A stretch of DNA of 57,654 nt from Candidatus Heimdallarchaeota archaeon (GCA_015523565.1 WAKA01000207.1:1-57654); one strand, 5' to 3'; numbered from the stretch's first letter, positions 10,242 to 19,741 are shown. Numbers and translations are program-made. The notes: a model not told the origin generated them from the sequence alone.

Positions 10242-10991
10242 ATGAATCGCATTGATTCACTTCTCAATCGTCTCAATGACCCAAATGAGGATCCATGGAA
10301 AAGGGCAGAGGCTGCACTTGAATTGGGTGATTGGGGGGATGAAACTGTTATCCCGCATTTAATCAGAAATCTTAAGGAAGCTGAACATGATTTCATCAGA
10401 AGAGACTGTGCTGAGGCTCTTGGTCTCCTTGAAATATGCAATGACGAAGTGGTTGACGCTTTAATTTATGCCATAAAGAATGACCCATTCCGTTACACTC
10501 GCAATGAGGCTGCTGAATCCCTTGGTAAGCTGGAAGCGAAAAAAGCAGTTCCCGACCTGCTGGAAATGCTCAGTACCGAGCCTTGGGATTTTGGGAGGGC
10601 GAGTGCGGCATTGGCATTGGCAGAGATTGGTGATCGATCTGCTGTTCCCCATATTATTAATCAAATTAAAAAAGAAACTGAATTTTTTGCACGAAGAGAT
10701 ATGCTAATTGCCCTTAAGAAATTCAAGGATAAGCGTGCAATTCCCCTTGCTGTTGAGCTATTGCAAAATGACCCAAATTGGGAGGTTCGAAAACAAGCCG
10801 CCGACAATCTTGGTTGGATTGCCACTCCTGAAGGTCTTGAAGCACTTGTATTTGCCTTGAAAAGGGATCCCCATATTCTAGTCCGCCAAGAGTGCGAAAA
10901 AGCCCTGATCCGAATTGCAGGTGATCACCGCATTCCTTGGACAACAGCAGAAGACCTATTGAATAAAAAAGATCAAATCAAATTTGATTAA
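10242..10991 (+). CDS. HEAT/PBS-lyase repeat protein
   Basis: About seven repeats of R..AAEALG.L....AVP.L. Confidence 0.9.
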   Translation: MNRIDSLLNRLNDPNEDPWKRAEAALELGDWGDETVIPHLIRNLKEAEHDFIRRDCAEALGLLEICNDEVVDALIYAIKNDPFRYTRNEAAESLGKLEAKKAVPDLLEMLSTEPWDFGRASAALALAEIGDRSAVPHIINQIKKETEFFARRDMLIALKKFKDKRAIPLAVELLQNDPNWEVRKQAADNLGWIATPEGLEALVFALKRDPHILVRQECEKALIRIAGDHRIPWTTAEDLLNKKDQIKFD

Positions 10992-11296
10992 CCTCTCAAC
11001 TTCCTTGCCAATATTTCCAGAAGTTTAATCTCATCGTCTGAAACCCCTTCCGATTCTTCTGCAAGATCCCATGACGACTGTATCAACTGTTCTTTTAATC
11101 CATTCAGCAACTCTCTTTCTTCATCTGAAATGATGCCATCTTCGAGTGCCTCTGCCAATGCTTCATCATATAACATTAAATTAACTTGTGCCTGTATCAA
11201 AAGTTCCTCTTCCTCTTCAGTAATTTTCCCGTCTGCCTTTGCAATCTTTGTCAATTGTTCAATTATCCCAGAAAATACTTCATCATCTGTAGCCAT
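10988..11296 (-). CDS. TerB-like acidic helical protein
   Basis: AKADGKITEEE, EDGIISDEE, SEGVSDDE repeats. Confidence 0.65.
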   Translation of the reverse strand: MATDDEVFSGIIEQLTKIAKADGKITEEEEELLIQAQVNLMLYDEALAEALEDGIISDEERELLNGLKEQLIQSSWDLAEESEGVSDDEIKLLEILARKLRG

Positions 11297-11458
11297 ACCC
11301 TCAAATGATATCCTCTACTTAAAAAACATTCCCGTTTTAAAATCACAGGACATCCGATAATTCCTGAAAATTCCAGTAACCAAAAGAAAATCCTGAAAAT
11401 AGCTGGAGTCAAAGGAATAATAACACATTTTAAATTTTGTAAATAATTTCGTTGACTT

Positions 11459-12526
11459 ATGACAGATTCTGGTTTTACCGTTCTTGTAAATGGTACTGGT
11501 ACCATTGGGGAACCTCTTATCTCACTTCTGTTAGGAACAAAAGATAAACTGGGGATTGATGAGGTAATTTTCTATAAGCACACTCCTCGCTTGACTGATA
11601 GGCCAATGCTTACAGATCTAATCCGTCGGGGTGCCAAACTTTGTGTTGAAGATTCTAAAATGTCTGAATTTCAAGACATGGGTCTCGACCCTTCCTACTC
11701 TTTTTCTGATGCATTGAATATGGCCGATGTTGTTGCAGATGCTACAAAAGAAGGGGTTGGGATGAAAAATAAGCAACAGTACTATTCCAAAGTTGAAGAT
11801 AAGGTCAAAGGGTTCCTTGCTCAAGGTTCTGAATCTGATTTTGGCACAATTTATGCAAGTGGCATCAATGATGAGATTTTCATGAATGGTGCTCCAAAAT
11901 ATGTGCAGATTGCCTCTTGCAATACCCATGCCGCCGCCGCCACTGTCAAGCACTTTGGTTTTGCCCCTGGGAATTCAGTAAAAAGAATTAACCTGACTTT
12001 AATTCGGAGGGCAAGTGATGTCTCCCAAGAGAAAAGTGTGCCTGCCCCAACCGTAACTGACTATAAATATGGCCGATTTGGCACACATCATGCAAAGGAT
12101 GTATATCGCCTCTTTGAAACATTGGGTCAGGAGTTAGATATTTTCAGTAGTGCAATGAAGGTCAATACCCAATATATGCATAGCATTTCAGGTCATTTTG
12201 AAATGGAAAAGCCAATTTCTGAGGAACAAATCTTTGAGATATTGGATCGTGTGCCCCAACTTGCCTCAACTGAAAAAACAAGCGTCAATCGTGTTTTCTC
12301 ATTTGGTCGTGACCATGGATACTATGGAAGAATTTTGAATCAAGTTGTTATTGTCAAACCTTCCGTCAAAACCATTGACAACCATCTTTATTTTTGGGCA
12401 TTTGTTCCACAAGATGGCAACTCTATCCTTAGTTCTGTCCAAGCTGTTCTTTACTATCTATATGAACCAAACGAGGCTCACGAATTAATGCATGTGTTTG
12501 ACCGTTGGATCTTCAATGAAGTATAG
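11459..12526 (+). CDS. Type II (archaeal-like) glyceraldehyde-3-phosphate dehydrogenase family protein
   Basis: NGTGTIG, VADAT, catalytic SCNTH, RRASD, THHAKDV. Confidence 0.82.
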   Translation: MTDSGFTVLVNGTGTIGEPLISLLLGTKDKLGIDEVIFYKHTPRLTDRPMLTDLIRRGAKLCVEDSKMSEFQDMGLDPSYSFSDALNMADVVADATKEGVGMKNKQQYYSKVEDKVKGFLAQGSESDFGTIYASGINDEIFMNGAPKYVQIASCNTHAAAATVKHFGFAPGNSVKRINLTLIRRASDVSQEKSVPAPTVTDYKYGRFGTHHAKDVYRLFETLGQELDIFSSAMKVNTQYMHSISGHFEMEKPISEEQIFEILDRVPQLASTEKTSVNRVFSFGRDHGYYGRILNQVVIVKPSVKTIDNHLYFWAFVPQDGNSILSSVQAVLYYLYEPNEAHELMHVFDRWIFNEV

Positions 12527-12592
12527 TTTCCCATGACAATTGTCCTTATCATTTGGATAATGCTTATTATCTTCCATGTATTCATATGGTTA

Positions 12593-13435
12593 ATGGCAAC
12601 TTCTTCAAAAGTCGATAATGCGGCGCTTTTGGAGTTCATAAACGAGAAGTTCTCAATTGTGACGCAAAGGCTTGACGAACTTGACAAAAAAGTCAATGGG
12701 GTCACGAAAGTTATTGATCAAGACCTAAAACTTTCCTATTTAAACTCTGTTGCAAGGTTTTTGGAACGGGATGTAACTGAATCAGTTAATTCCATGAGCT
12801 GTAGTTATCAACCCGATACTGAAATTCATTGCAAGTCATGGGTTGTCTCAAATATCAAGGGATATCTTGACAACCTTTCAATGGGCAATCTTGCCGGCGC
12901 TTATATTCAACTTCGACAATTCCTTGCCCAAGTAAAGCGCAATGCATTGGATGTTGAACGAAACATCCACTGCAGAAGTGAATGGATGCACTTGTTGGAA
13001 ACCCTTGAGAACCATTCTGATTTCATCCAAGAGATTTCCACACTATTCGTACCACAAAAATTCATGACAAACTTGGAAGATTCCTCCTTTGATCCTGAAT
13101 TTATCAGTTCTGAATTTATTGTCCCCCTTTCGCATCCACTTCGTATCAAAATCATCTACTTGCTGACACAATCCAGCAAACGTTTTACTTCCCTTAAAGA
13201 TGAACTGGGGATTAAAAACACTGGATTGCTTGTTCACCACTTGAAACCTTTGACTGACACTGATTTTGTCACTCAAAATTACAAAAAGGAATACTTATTG
13301 ACCGATAAGGGTCATTTGGTTGCCCGATTTTTAACTCAAATTGATAAAAGCCTAAGACCTGAAAATTCAATTTCTATCCAGAATGTAAATATTGACAATA
13401 TTAATTGGAAAAAACTTACCGTTATCAATGACTAA
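12593..13435 (+). CDS. ArsR-type winged-helix regulator with N-terminal coiled/Cys-containing domain
   Basis: PLSHPLRIKII..L....KRFTSL...LG.....LLVHHLKPL..Y.LTDKG; start 12593 preferred, 12533 possible. Confidence 0.8.
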   Translation: MATSSKVDNAALLEFINEKFSIVTQRLDELDKKVNGVTKVIDQDLKLSYLNSVARFLERDVTESVNSMSCSYQPDTEIHCKSWVVSNIKGYLDNLSMGNLAGAYIQLRQFLAQVKRNALDVERNIHCRSEWMHLLETLENHSDFIQEISTLFVPQKFMTNLEDSSFDPEFISSEFIVPLSHPLRIKIIYLLTQSSKRFTSLKDELGIKNTGLLVHHLKPLTDTDFVTQNYKKEYLLTDKGHLVARFLTQIDKSLRPENSISIQNVNIDNINWKKLTVIND

Positions 13436-13478
13436 TCCATCACCATAGTGACCGTTTCATTTTTTAAGGGTATGTGGA

Positions 13479-14756
13479 TTGTCACATATGGAATTTTCTT
13501 CTCGTATTCAAGGGTTTCATAAACTATCCCAGTCTGAAAAGATCGATAAAATCAAGGAACTCTGCAATTTGACTGATGCTGATGTTGAAGTTTTACTCGT
13601 TAAGAACCCTGCATTGGATCTGTTTGACAGAATGATTGAAAACAACATTGGGGTTATGCAGGTTCCCATTGGTATTGCAACAAATTTCCGAATAGATGGA
13701 AAAGACCGGCTTGTGACAATGGCTGTTGAAGAGGCAAGTGTTGTGGCCGCCGCTTCCAATGCCGCAAAAATCGCACGCCCCCATGGTGGTTTCTTCACTT
13801 CAACCACTGGATCTTATATGATTGGTCAAATACAAGTGTTGGATGTTATGACTCCTGAATTTGCATCGCAAGAAATTTTGGCAAAAAAAGAAGAGATCCT
13901 CAAGTTGGCTAATGAACAAGATCCAATCTTGGTCAAATATGGCGGCGGTGCAATTGATTTGGAAACACGAATCATTGGTTCTGCTATTGGAGACATGTTG
14001 GTTGTTCACTTAATTGTGAACACATTGGACGCGATGGGTGCAAATGCAGTTAATACAATGGCTGAGGCAGTGGCTCCCAAAATTGAGGAAATTACTGGTG
14101 GAACTGTTCGATTAAGAATCCTTAGCAATCTTGCCGATAGGCGTATTGTCCGTGCCCGTGCTGTTTTTGACAAGGAATTGCTGGGTGGGGATGATGTCGT
14201 TGAAGGAATTATTGAGGCATGGGCATTTGCAGATGCAGATCCATATCGTGCTGCAACACACAACAAGGGGATTATGAACGCAATTTCTGCGATAACCCTT
14301 GCCACAGCAAATGATTGGCGAGCCATTGAGGCTGGTGCTCATGCATATGCCGCTAGGAATGGATACTATGGATCTTTGACTACTTATGAAATTACGGAAG
14401 AAGGTCATCTTGCAGGGACAATTGAATTGCCTTTGGCTTTGGGAACAGTAGGGGGTGCAACGAAAATCCATCCTACAGCCCAAGTCAACTTAAAAATAAT
14501 GGGTGTGACTGGTGCTCAAGATCTCGCATCAATTGTTGCATCAGTCGGATTGGCACAAAACCTTGCCGCACTTCGTGCTTTGGCTACTGAAGGAATCCAA
14601 CGCGGTCATATGAAATTGCATGCCAGAAATCTTGCCGCCCAAGCAGGAGCTAAAGGTGACGAGATTGACAAGGTTTCAAGGAAGATGATTGAAGAAGGCA
14701 AAATCCGTATGGATCGTGCAATCGAAATCCTTGAAGAACTTAGGAAAAGCACTTAA
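13479..14756 (+). CDS. mvaA: Hydroxymethylglutaryl-CoA reductase, class II
   Basis: MIENNIG, EEASVVAA, DAMGANAVN, RAATHNKGIMN, GIQRGHMKLH. Confidence 0.95.
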   Translation: MSHMEFSSRIQGFHKLSQSEKIDKIKELCNLTDADVEVLLVKNPALDLFDRMIENNIGVMQVPIGIATNFRIDGKDRLVTMAVEEASVVAAASNAAKIARPHGGFFTSTTGSYMIGQIQVLDVMTPEFASQEILAKKEEILKLANEQDPILVKYGGGAIDLETRIIGSAIGDMLVVHLIVNTLDAMGANAVNTMAEAVAPKIEEITGGTVRLRILSNLADRRIVRARAVFDKELLGGDDVVEGIIEAWAFADADPYRAATHNKGIMNAISAITLATANDWRAIEAGAHAYAARNGYYGSLTTYEITEEGHLAGTIELPLALGTVGGATKIHPTAQVNLKIMGVTGAQDLASIVASVGLAQNLAALRALATEGIQRGHMKLHARNLAAQAGAKGDEIDKVSRKMIEEGKIRMDRAIEILEELRKST

Positions 14757-14767
14757 CCAGAATTCAG

Positions 14768-15361
14768 TTAACTAGTTATCATCCTTCCTGATATGAAATA
14801 ACGTTTTGAAGATCCTGCCCGATTATTTACGTATTTTATGAACTTTGCAACGCCATATCTCCTGTGAACAACTGTAAATTGTCCATATTTAATTGGCAAT
14901 TTAAAATACTTGTCAGGAGGTACATAATATGAGATATATCCTCCAAACTGTTCCTGCCATTGTTTTGTGAAATCCAAATAGAATTCAAAAACATTGTCGC
15001 TACGAATGTCGTCATGGATGAGGGTGTAATTTTTCCACCCAATTTGAATAACATGCGACTGTATGTCTACAATATGTTCTCCGATCATTTCTCCAATCAA
15101 GTCTCGTAACTCCAATGAATTAAGAAATCTTTGAATTCTGATAGGTGTCTTTGCCTTAAAAATTGAGTATTTACAGGGATTCCGTTCTCTTACAAATTCT
15201 TGGACTTTTATCTCTTCAAAAAATTGGTTCAAAATTTCTCCTCTAAGGAAATTTTCCATAGAAATTGTTTGTAGCTCTTTTTCATTCAAGAATCCTTGTT
15301 TTATACTTGCTATCGCCTTTTCATCAAAATACACTGGATTGATCATTTCATCAATTTTCAT
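14768..15361 (-). CDS. Ofd1/OGFOD1 C-terminal (CTDD)-like, probably non-catalytic 2OG-oxygenase domain protein
   Basis: INPVYF, WKNYTLIHDD, WQEQFGGYISY, VHR...AKFIKYVNNR match the recalled OGFOD1/Tpa1 C-domain pattern; no distal His. Confidence 0.75.
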   Translation of the reverse strand: MKIDEMINPVYFDEKAIASIKQGFLNEKELQTISMENFLRGEILNQFFEEIKVQEFVRERNPCKYSIFKAKTPIRIQRFLNSLELRDLIGEMIGEHIVDIQSHVIQIGWKNYTLIHDDIRSDNVFEFYLDFTKQWQEQFGGYISYYVPPDKYFKLPIKYGQFTVVHRRYGVAKFIKYVNNRAGSSKRYFISGRMITS

Positions 15362-15932
15362 AAAACCACCCTGTTATAGTCGCTCTATACGCTTCACCAA
15401 TTACTTCATCTACCTCATGAAATGAGTTTGGCAACACTTGGAAAAAGACAAATTTGTTGAATTTTGGTCTAATGCTCTTTACAACCTTCGTGGGTCTTCC
15501 ATCTATTGATTCATACAAATTTAAGGATCCCCCCTCTCCCTTTTCAAGATCTGACAGATAGATTATGAATGCCACTTTCCTGCCTGGCAAATTGTCATCA
15601 TGGCATAACAGATAATCTGTATCTGAATACAAATTTACGGTGGCATCAATTTTTTCTCGGCTGAGATTCAGACCTGTTACCTTTTCAATCCATGTGATAA
15701 ATGCTTCTGAGGCAAGGAATTTTTTAAATTCCCGCAATTTTTCTGAAGGAAGCGTTTCAAGGTCATCTGTCTGTAAAAATTGAAACAAATCTGAATCTTT
15801 CTTTTCAAACTCCATTTCTTGTATTTCTTCAATAATTGCAATCAGGAAATCTTCATCAAAAAACTGATCCAGTTCAAGATGTGGAAAAGGTAGACTATTC
15901 GTAAAAGTCTCCTTAAGTTCAGTTAACTTCAT
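15351..15932 (-). CDS. OGFOD1/Tpa1-like 2OG-Fe(II) prolyl hydroxylase catalytic domain
   Basis: PFPH, DLFQFLQTDDL, YLLCHDD (HxD), RKVAFIIYL, GGSLNLY, SFHEVDEV, R.TITGWF; start placed at MKLTEL 15932 (ORF open to 16049). Confidence 0.85.
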   Translation of the reverse strand: MKLTELKETFTNSLPFPHLELDQFFDEDFLIAIIEEIQEMEFEKKDSDLFQFLQTDDLETLPSEKLREFKKFLASEAFITWIEKVTGLNLSREKIDATVNLYSDTDYLLCHDDNLPGRKVAFIIYLSDLEKGEGGSLNLYESIDGRPTKVVKSIRPKFNKFVFFQVLPNSFHEVDEVIGEAYRATITGWFYEN

Positions 15933-16082
15933 CGGTTGGACGAAGTGTGAATTAATTTTCCCCTCAAACACCGAAAAATCCATCATATGATCAAAATATC
16001 GTGAAAATAAAATTTTATTGATTTGATCGACAAATCCTCTATGAAACAATAACTTAAATTAAAGTTTTCCAAAAAAGGAGTT

Positions 16083-17360
16083 GTGAGTGGTCAAACCATT
16101 GCAGAAAAGATTTTGTCTGCACATTCGATCGATCGGGAAACTGTATATGCAGGAGATAGGGTGGATGTAAGGCCTGCGTCCATTCTGACAAATGAAATGT
16201 TACCCATGGTTGCAATCCCTAAATTTTTGAGCACAGGTGCTAAACGTGTAAACCAACATTTTGCCGAAAACACTTTGGCAATTCTGGATCATGGTGGCTT
16301 TGGTACAACTGATAAGATGATTAATTTGCATCTTGTCGCAAAGCATTTTGCAAAACAATTCAACATTGACCTTGCGCCAGCAGGTGCAGGCATTTCTCAT
16401 GTTGTTTTCCATGAACGTGGAATGGTGCAAAGTGGTGACCTTGTTTTGGGAAGTGATAGTCATACTGTCAGTCACGGTGCTTTCAATGCTTTTGCCAAAG
16501 GAATTGGGGGCTCGGATCTCGTAGAACTTATGGTCAAGGGAACAACTTGGTTGGATGTGCCTGAAACCATTTCAATTCATGTATCCAATAAACTTAGAGA
16601 AGGTGTATATAGTAAAGACCTTCTTCTTACCATGCTAGGCGAGAAATCTACGGAATGGGGTACTGATCGATGTTTTGAGTATTCTGGAGATGGTATTCTT
16701 GATCTTTCGATTGAAGCACGATTGACTATGAGCAATATGGCTGTAGAAATGGGAGGTGTGGCTGGAATTATGCCATATGATGAGAAATTGAAAAAATACT
16801 TGGACACGGTTCCTGTCCGTCGCCCTCCCAGACCAACTCTTCCTGATGATGATGCCTCATATCATGAAAAATATGAAATCGATGCTTCACAAGTAGTTCC
16901 TGTGGTTGCATGTCCCCATTCCCCAGACAACGTAAAACCCGTCGAAGAGGTGGGCGAGGTAGAATTGGATCAAGTCTTTATTGGTTCTTGTACCAACGCA
17001 AGGATTGAAGACCTTGAGGTGGTTGCCAAGATTTTGAAGGGGAAAAAAGTCAGTGTTGAAACTTTAATCATTCCAGGATCTGCATCTGTAGGACTTGAAG
17101 CTGTAAAACGCGGTTATGTTGAAATCTTCATGGAGGCTGGCGCCACTTGGGCTTATTCCACTTGTGGTGCTTGTTATGGAGGAACCTTGGGGAGAGTTGG
17201 TCCTGGAATGACTGCGATTAGCACCACTAATCGAAATTTCATTGGTCGAATGGGTGGGGACAAGACAAGCAAAACATATCTTGCATCGCCGGCAACCGCA
17301 GCAGCATCTGCAATCGCTGGAAAAATCGTGACTGCTGGATATGGAGGTGCAAAACAATGA
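16083..17360 (+). CDS. 3-isopropylmalate dehydratase/homoaconitase family large subunit
   Basis: TIAEKIL, GSDSHT, IGSCTN, CGACYG, STTNRNF.GRMG, YLASPATAAA. Confidence 0.92.
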   Translation: MSGQTIAEKILSAHSIDRETVYAGDRVDVRPASILTNEMLPMVAIPKFLSTGAKRVNQHFAENTLAILDHGGFGTTDKMINLHLVAKHFAKQFNIDLAPAGAGISHVVFHERGMVQSGDLVLGSDSHTVSHGAFNAFAKGIGGSDLVELMVKGTTWLDVPETISIHVSNKLREGVYSKDLLLTMLGEKSTEWGTDRCFEYSGDGILDLSIEARLTMSNMAVEMGGVAGIMPYDEKLKKYLDTVPVRRPPRPTLPDDDASYHEKYEIDASQVVPVVACPHSPDNVKPVEEVGEVELDQVFIGSCTNARIEDLEVVAKILKGKKVSVETLIIPGSASVGLEAVKRGYVEIFMEAGATWAYSTCGACYGGTLGRVGPGMTAISTTNRNFIGRMGGDKTSKTYLASPATAAASAIAGKIVTAGYGGAKQ

Positions 17361-17890
17361 GTGTTGATTTGAGTTCGATAAAAGGAAAGGTCATGAAATT
17401 CGGAGATGGTATGAATACCGATATAATTATTCCTTCTCAGTATTTGGAGGATTCAGACCCCAATATTTATTGTAAGCATGTAATGGCCGCAGTGAGACCT
17501 ACGTGCTATCATGAAATTCAAGAATGGGGCGACACGATATTTGTGGGCGGGAAAGATTTTGGCTCTGGATCCTCACGGGAGCAGGCTCCTGATGCGATAA
17601 AATATGCTGGTGTTAAAGCTGTGATTGCAGAATCCTTTGCCTCAATTTTTTTCAGGAATTGTGTCAATGTTGGACTTCCCTTACTAGAAGTACCTGAGAT
17701 TACAAAACATGTCAATGAAGGTGATGTGCTTACTGTTAACTTAGAAACCGCTACTGTCACCAACTTAACAACCAATAGGAGCTTTTCTGGAAAACGAATT
17801 GAACCATTTCTCTTAAATAAGCTACGTAAAGGTGGTCTGATTCCTGAACTGCGTGAATATGTGATCCAACACGGATTAGATAAGCCTTGA
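17357..17890 (+). CDS. 3-isopropylmalate dehydratase/homoaconitase family small subunit
   Basis: [26 protein letters not shown]; ATGA overlap with the large subunit. Confidence 0.92.
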   Translation: MSVDLSSIKGKVMKFGDGMNTDIIIPSQYLEDSDPNIYCKHVMAAVRPTCYHEIQEWGDTIFVGGKDFGSGSSREQAPDAIKYAGVKAVIAESFASIFFRNCVNVGLPLLEVPEITKHVNEGDVLTVNLETATVTNLTTNRSFSGKRIEPFLLNKLRKGGLIPELREYVIQHGLDKP

Positions 17891-18021
17891 ACTCTTTTGG
17901 AAAAATGCAATTTAGTTAAACGAAATTTCACTTTTTTTAGATTTCTTTTTTCACTTTACAAGGAGGATGAACGAAATTCTCCCGACAATTTTTAAAATAT
18001 AGATGGTATAATTAAATTGCA

Positions 18022-18858
18022 ATGTCAGAAGAAGTACCACAACCAGACTCAAATGTCCCAAGCACTGACGAACTCAAGCAAAAGATAACCGAGCTTGAAG
18101 AAAAGCTACAAAATACAGAAGGAACGATTGCTGAAAAGGATGCCAAAATCAAAGAGCTTGAGGCAAAAGTTTCTGAATTGGAATCTGCAAGCTCTTCATC
18201 CGAAGAAAAGGACAAGGAAATTGCAGAACTCAAAAACAAGGTTAGTGAACTTGAAGCTAAATTAAAAGAAACTGAAAATGAATTGGCTGAAAAGGACAAT
18301 AAGATAAAAGACCTCGAATCCAAACTTTCTGAAGCGGATGAAATCAGAAATAAAATCATGGAAATGGAAAACGAAATCAAGGAAAAAACCTCGACACTTT
18401 CTGAACTAGAAAGAAAAGCCCAAGCGGCAGAAACCAAATCTCAAGAACTTGAGAAGAAAGCAAATGAGGCAGAAGCACGTTTCTCCGAATTCAAAGAGAA
18501 AGTAAATGAAGCAGAATCCATGGTTGCCAAAATGAAACAACAAGTGGATGAACTTCAAACCTCCCTGAAAGAAAAAGATGCAAGGATTTCTGAACTTGAG
18601 GGGCAACTCCAACAAGCAAAAGCAAGTGAGGGGTCTGTTCAAGAACTCAAGATTCTCCGTGTTTTGGCAAAAACATCAAATGTCTATGACATTTGGAATG
18701 TCTTGAATGATCAGAAACGCATTTCCCTCAGGAAATTGGCTCTACAATCTGGACGAAACCTCAATGCCATCCAAGAAATGGTTGATGCATTAGAGAGGTC
18801 AGGACTTGTCAAATACGAAGATGCTGATGAAGGAAAAATGGTTGTTATTGCCGAATAA
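18022..18858 (+). CDS. Long coiled-coil protein with C-terminal winged helix
   Basis: KD..I.ELE heptad repeats over about 200 aa, then ISLRKLA..SG......EMVDALERSGLVKY. Confidence 0.8.
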   Translation: MSEEVPQPDSNVPSTDELKQKITELEEKLQNTEGTIAEKDAKIKELEAKVSELESASSSSEEKDKEIAELKNKVSELEAKLKETENELAEKDNKIKDLESKLSEADEIRNKIMEMENEIKEKTSTLSELERKAQAAETKSQELEKKANEAEARFSEFKEKVNEAESMVAKMKQQVDELQTSLKEKDARISELEGQLQQAKASEGSVQELKILRVLAKTSNVYDIWNVLNDQKRISLRKLALQSGRNLNAIQEMVDALERSGLVKYEDADEGKMVVIAE

Positions 18859-19741
18859 TTGATGCAGGTCTTTTACTCGGATTTGTGAAAAAGATTTTGT
18901 ATCCTTTTTCTTTTACCCATTGTTCGAGCTTTTCTTTATTTTCAGGTACCACTATCAATGTTTCTCCAATCATGGCCATGGTTGCTGATTTCTCTCCAAT
19001 CCGATTTAACTCATCTATTAACGATAATATTCTTTCTGTCGCCAGTCCACAATTGAGCATGAATTTTTTCCCATTTGCAATAATCTCTCTTGCATTTATG
19101 CTTTTCTTGTTTTTTAACTTTTCAACAATCTCCATCCCTGCCGCTGTAACCTTTTGCATCTGTTTTTCTGAAACCAACACGTCTGATGTGGAGAGTGGTG
19201 CAATTGGAATGATTGCAATTTCTTGGTTGTCATAAAATGGCTTGACCTTACCTATGCCTGGTGCACCCTGTTTGATACGCAACTCAATTCCTTGTACTGA
19301 TTGCCCCAAAACTGACCCTAGCCCTGTCTGACATTTTGCATCTGCAATATGGGCTACTTGTAACATCGCTGTATATGATAATTGCAAATCAAACAATTCA
19401 TTGGTCGCCATTATTGTCCCGATTGCTCCCGCTCCACTTGTGGAAAGTCCATGACCGATTGGAATTTCAGAAAAATGCATGATCTTTAATGGATCATCTG
19501 GAAGCTCATGCGCTGTTTTTAATTCTTCAAGTGCCTTCAATGATACTTTTCCATCAATTTCTTTTCCATTAAAGAATACACTGGTTTTATCTGATCGTTT
19601 TACAATGGTTTCCATTCCCAATTCAAAATTGATGCCACCGCCTATACTTCCCATCTCAAGCCAGTCCTCTTTTTTCTCGGGCACCGCAAAAAATAGCGTT
19701 GCGTGTATTGGTGCCCAAGCTTTTGCTTTTTCTTTCATCAC
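18845..19741 (-). CDS. Pantoate kinase (GHMP family)
   Basis: APIHATLFF, GSIGGG, PIGHGLSTSGAG, AH.AD....TGLG.V, GAPGIG, MAMIGET. Confidence 0.9.
   Translation of the reverse strand: MMKEKAKAWAPIHATLFFAVPEKKEDWLEMGSIGGGINFELGMETIVKRSDKTSVFFNGKEIDGKVSLKALEELKTAHELPDDPLKIMHFSEIPIGHGLSTSGAGAIGTIMATNELFDLQLSYTAMLQVAHIADAKCQTGLGSVLGQSVQGIELRIKQGAPGIGKVKPFYDNQEIAIIPIAPLSTSDVLVSEKQMQKVTAAGMEIVEKLKNKKSINAREIIANGKKFMLNCGLATERILSLIDELNRIGEKSATMAMIGETLIVVPENKEKLEQWVKEKGYKIFFTNPSKRPASIIRQ

Noticed and set aside
10242-10991. HEAT protein as an Nro1/Ett1-like Ofd1 inhibitor
   Set aside because: Ordinary PBS-lyase-type repeats, not adjacent to the Ofd1-like genes, and no specific similarity recognised
16083-17890. 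Aconitase pair as the phosphomevalonate dehydratase of the archaeal mevalonate pathway (near HMGR)
   Set aside because: Motifs are LeuC/LeuD type, not AcnX type
18022-18858. SMC/Rad50 or ESCRT-III assignment for the coiled-coil proteins (also 48110-49573)
   Set aside because: No Walker motifs, hinge or zinc hook, and no Snf7-like basic/acidic hairpin organisation
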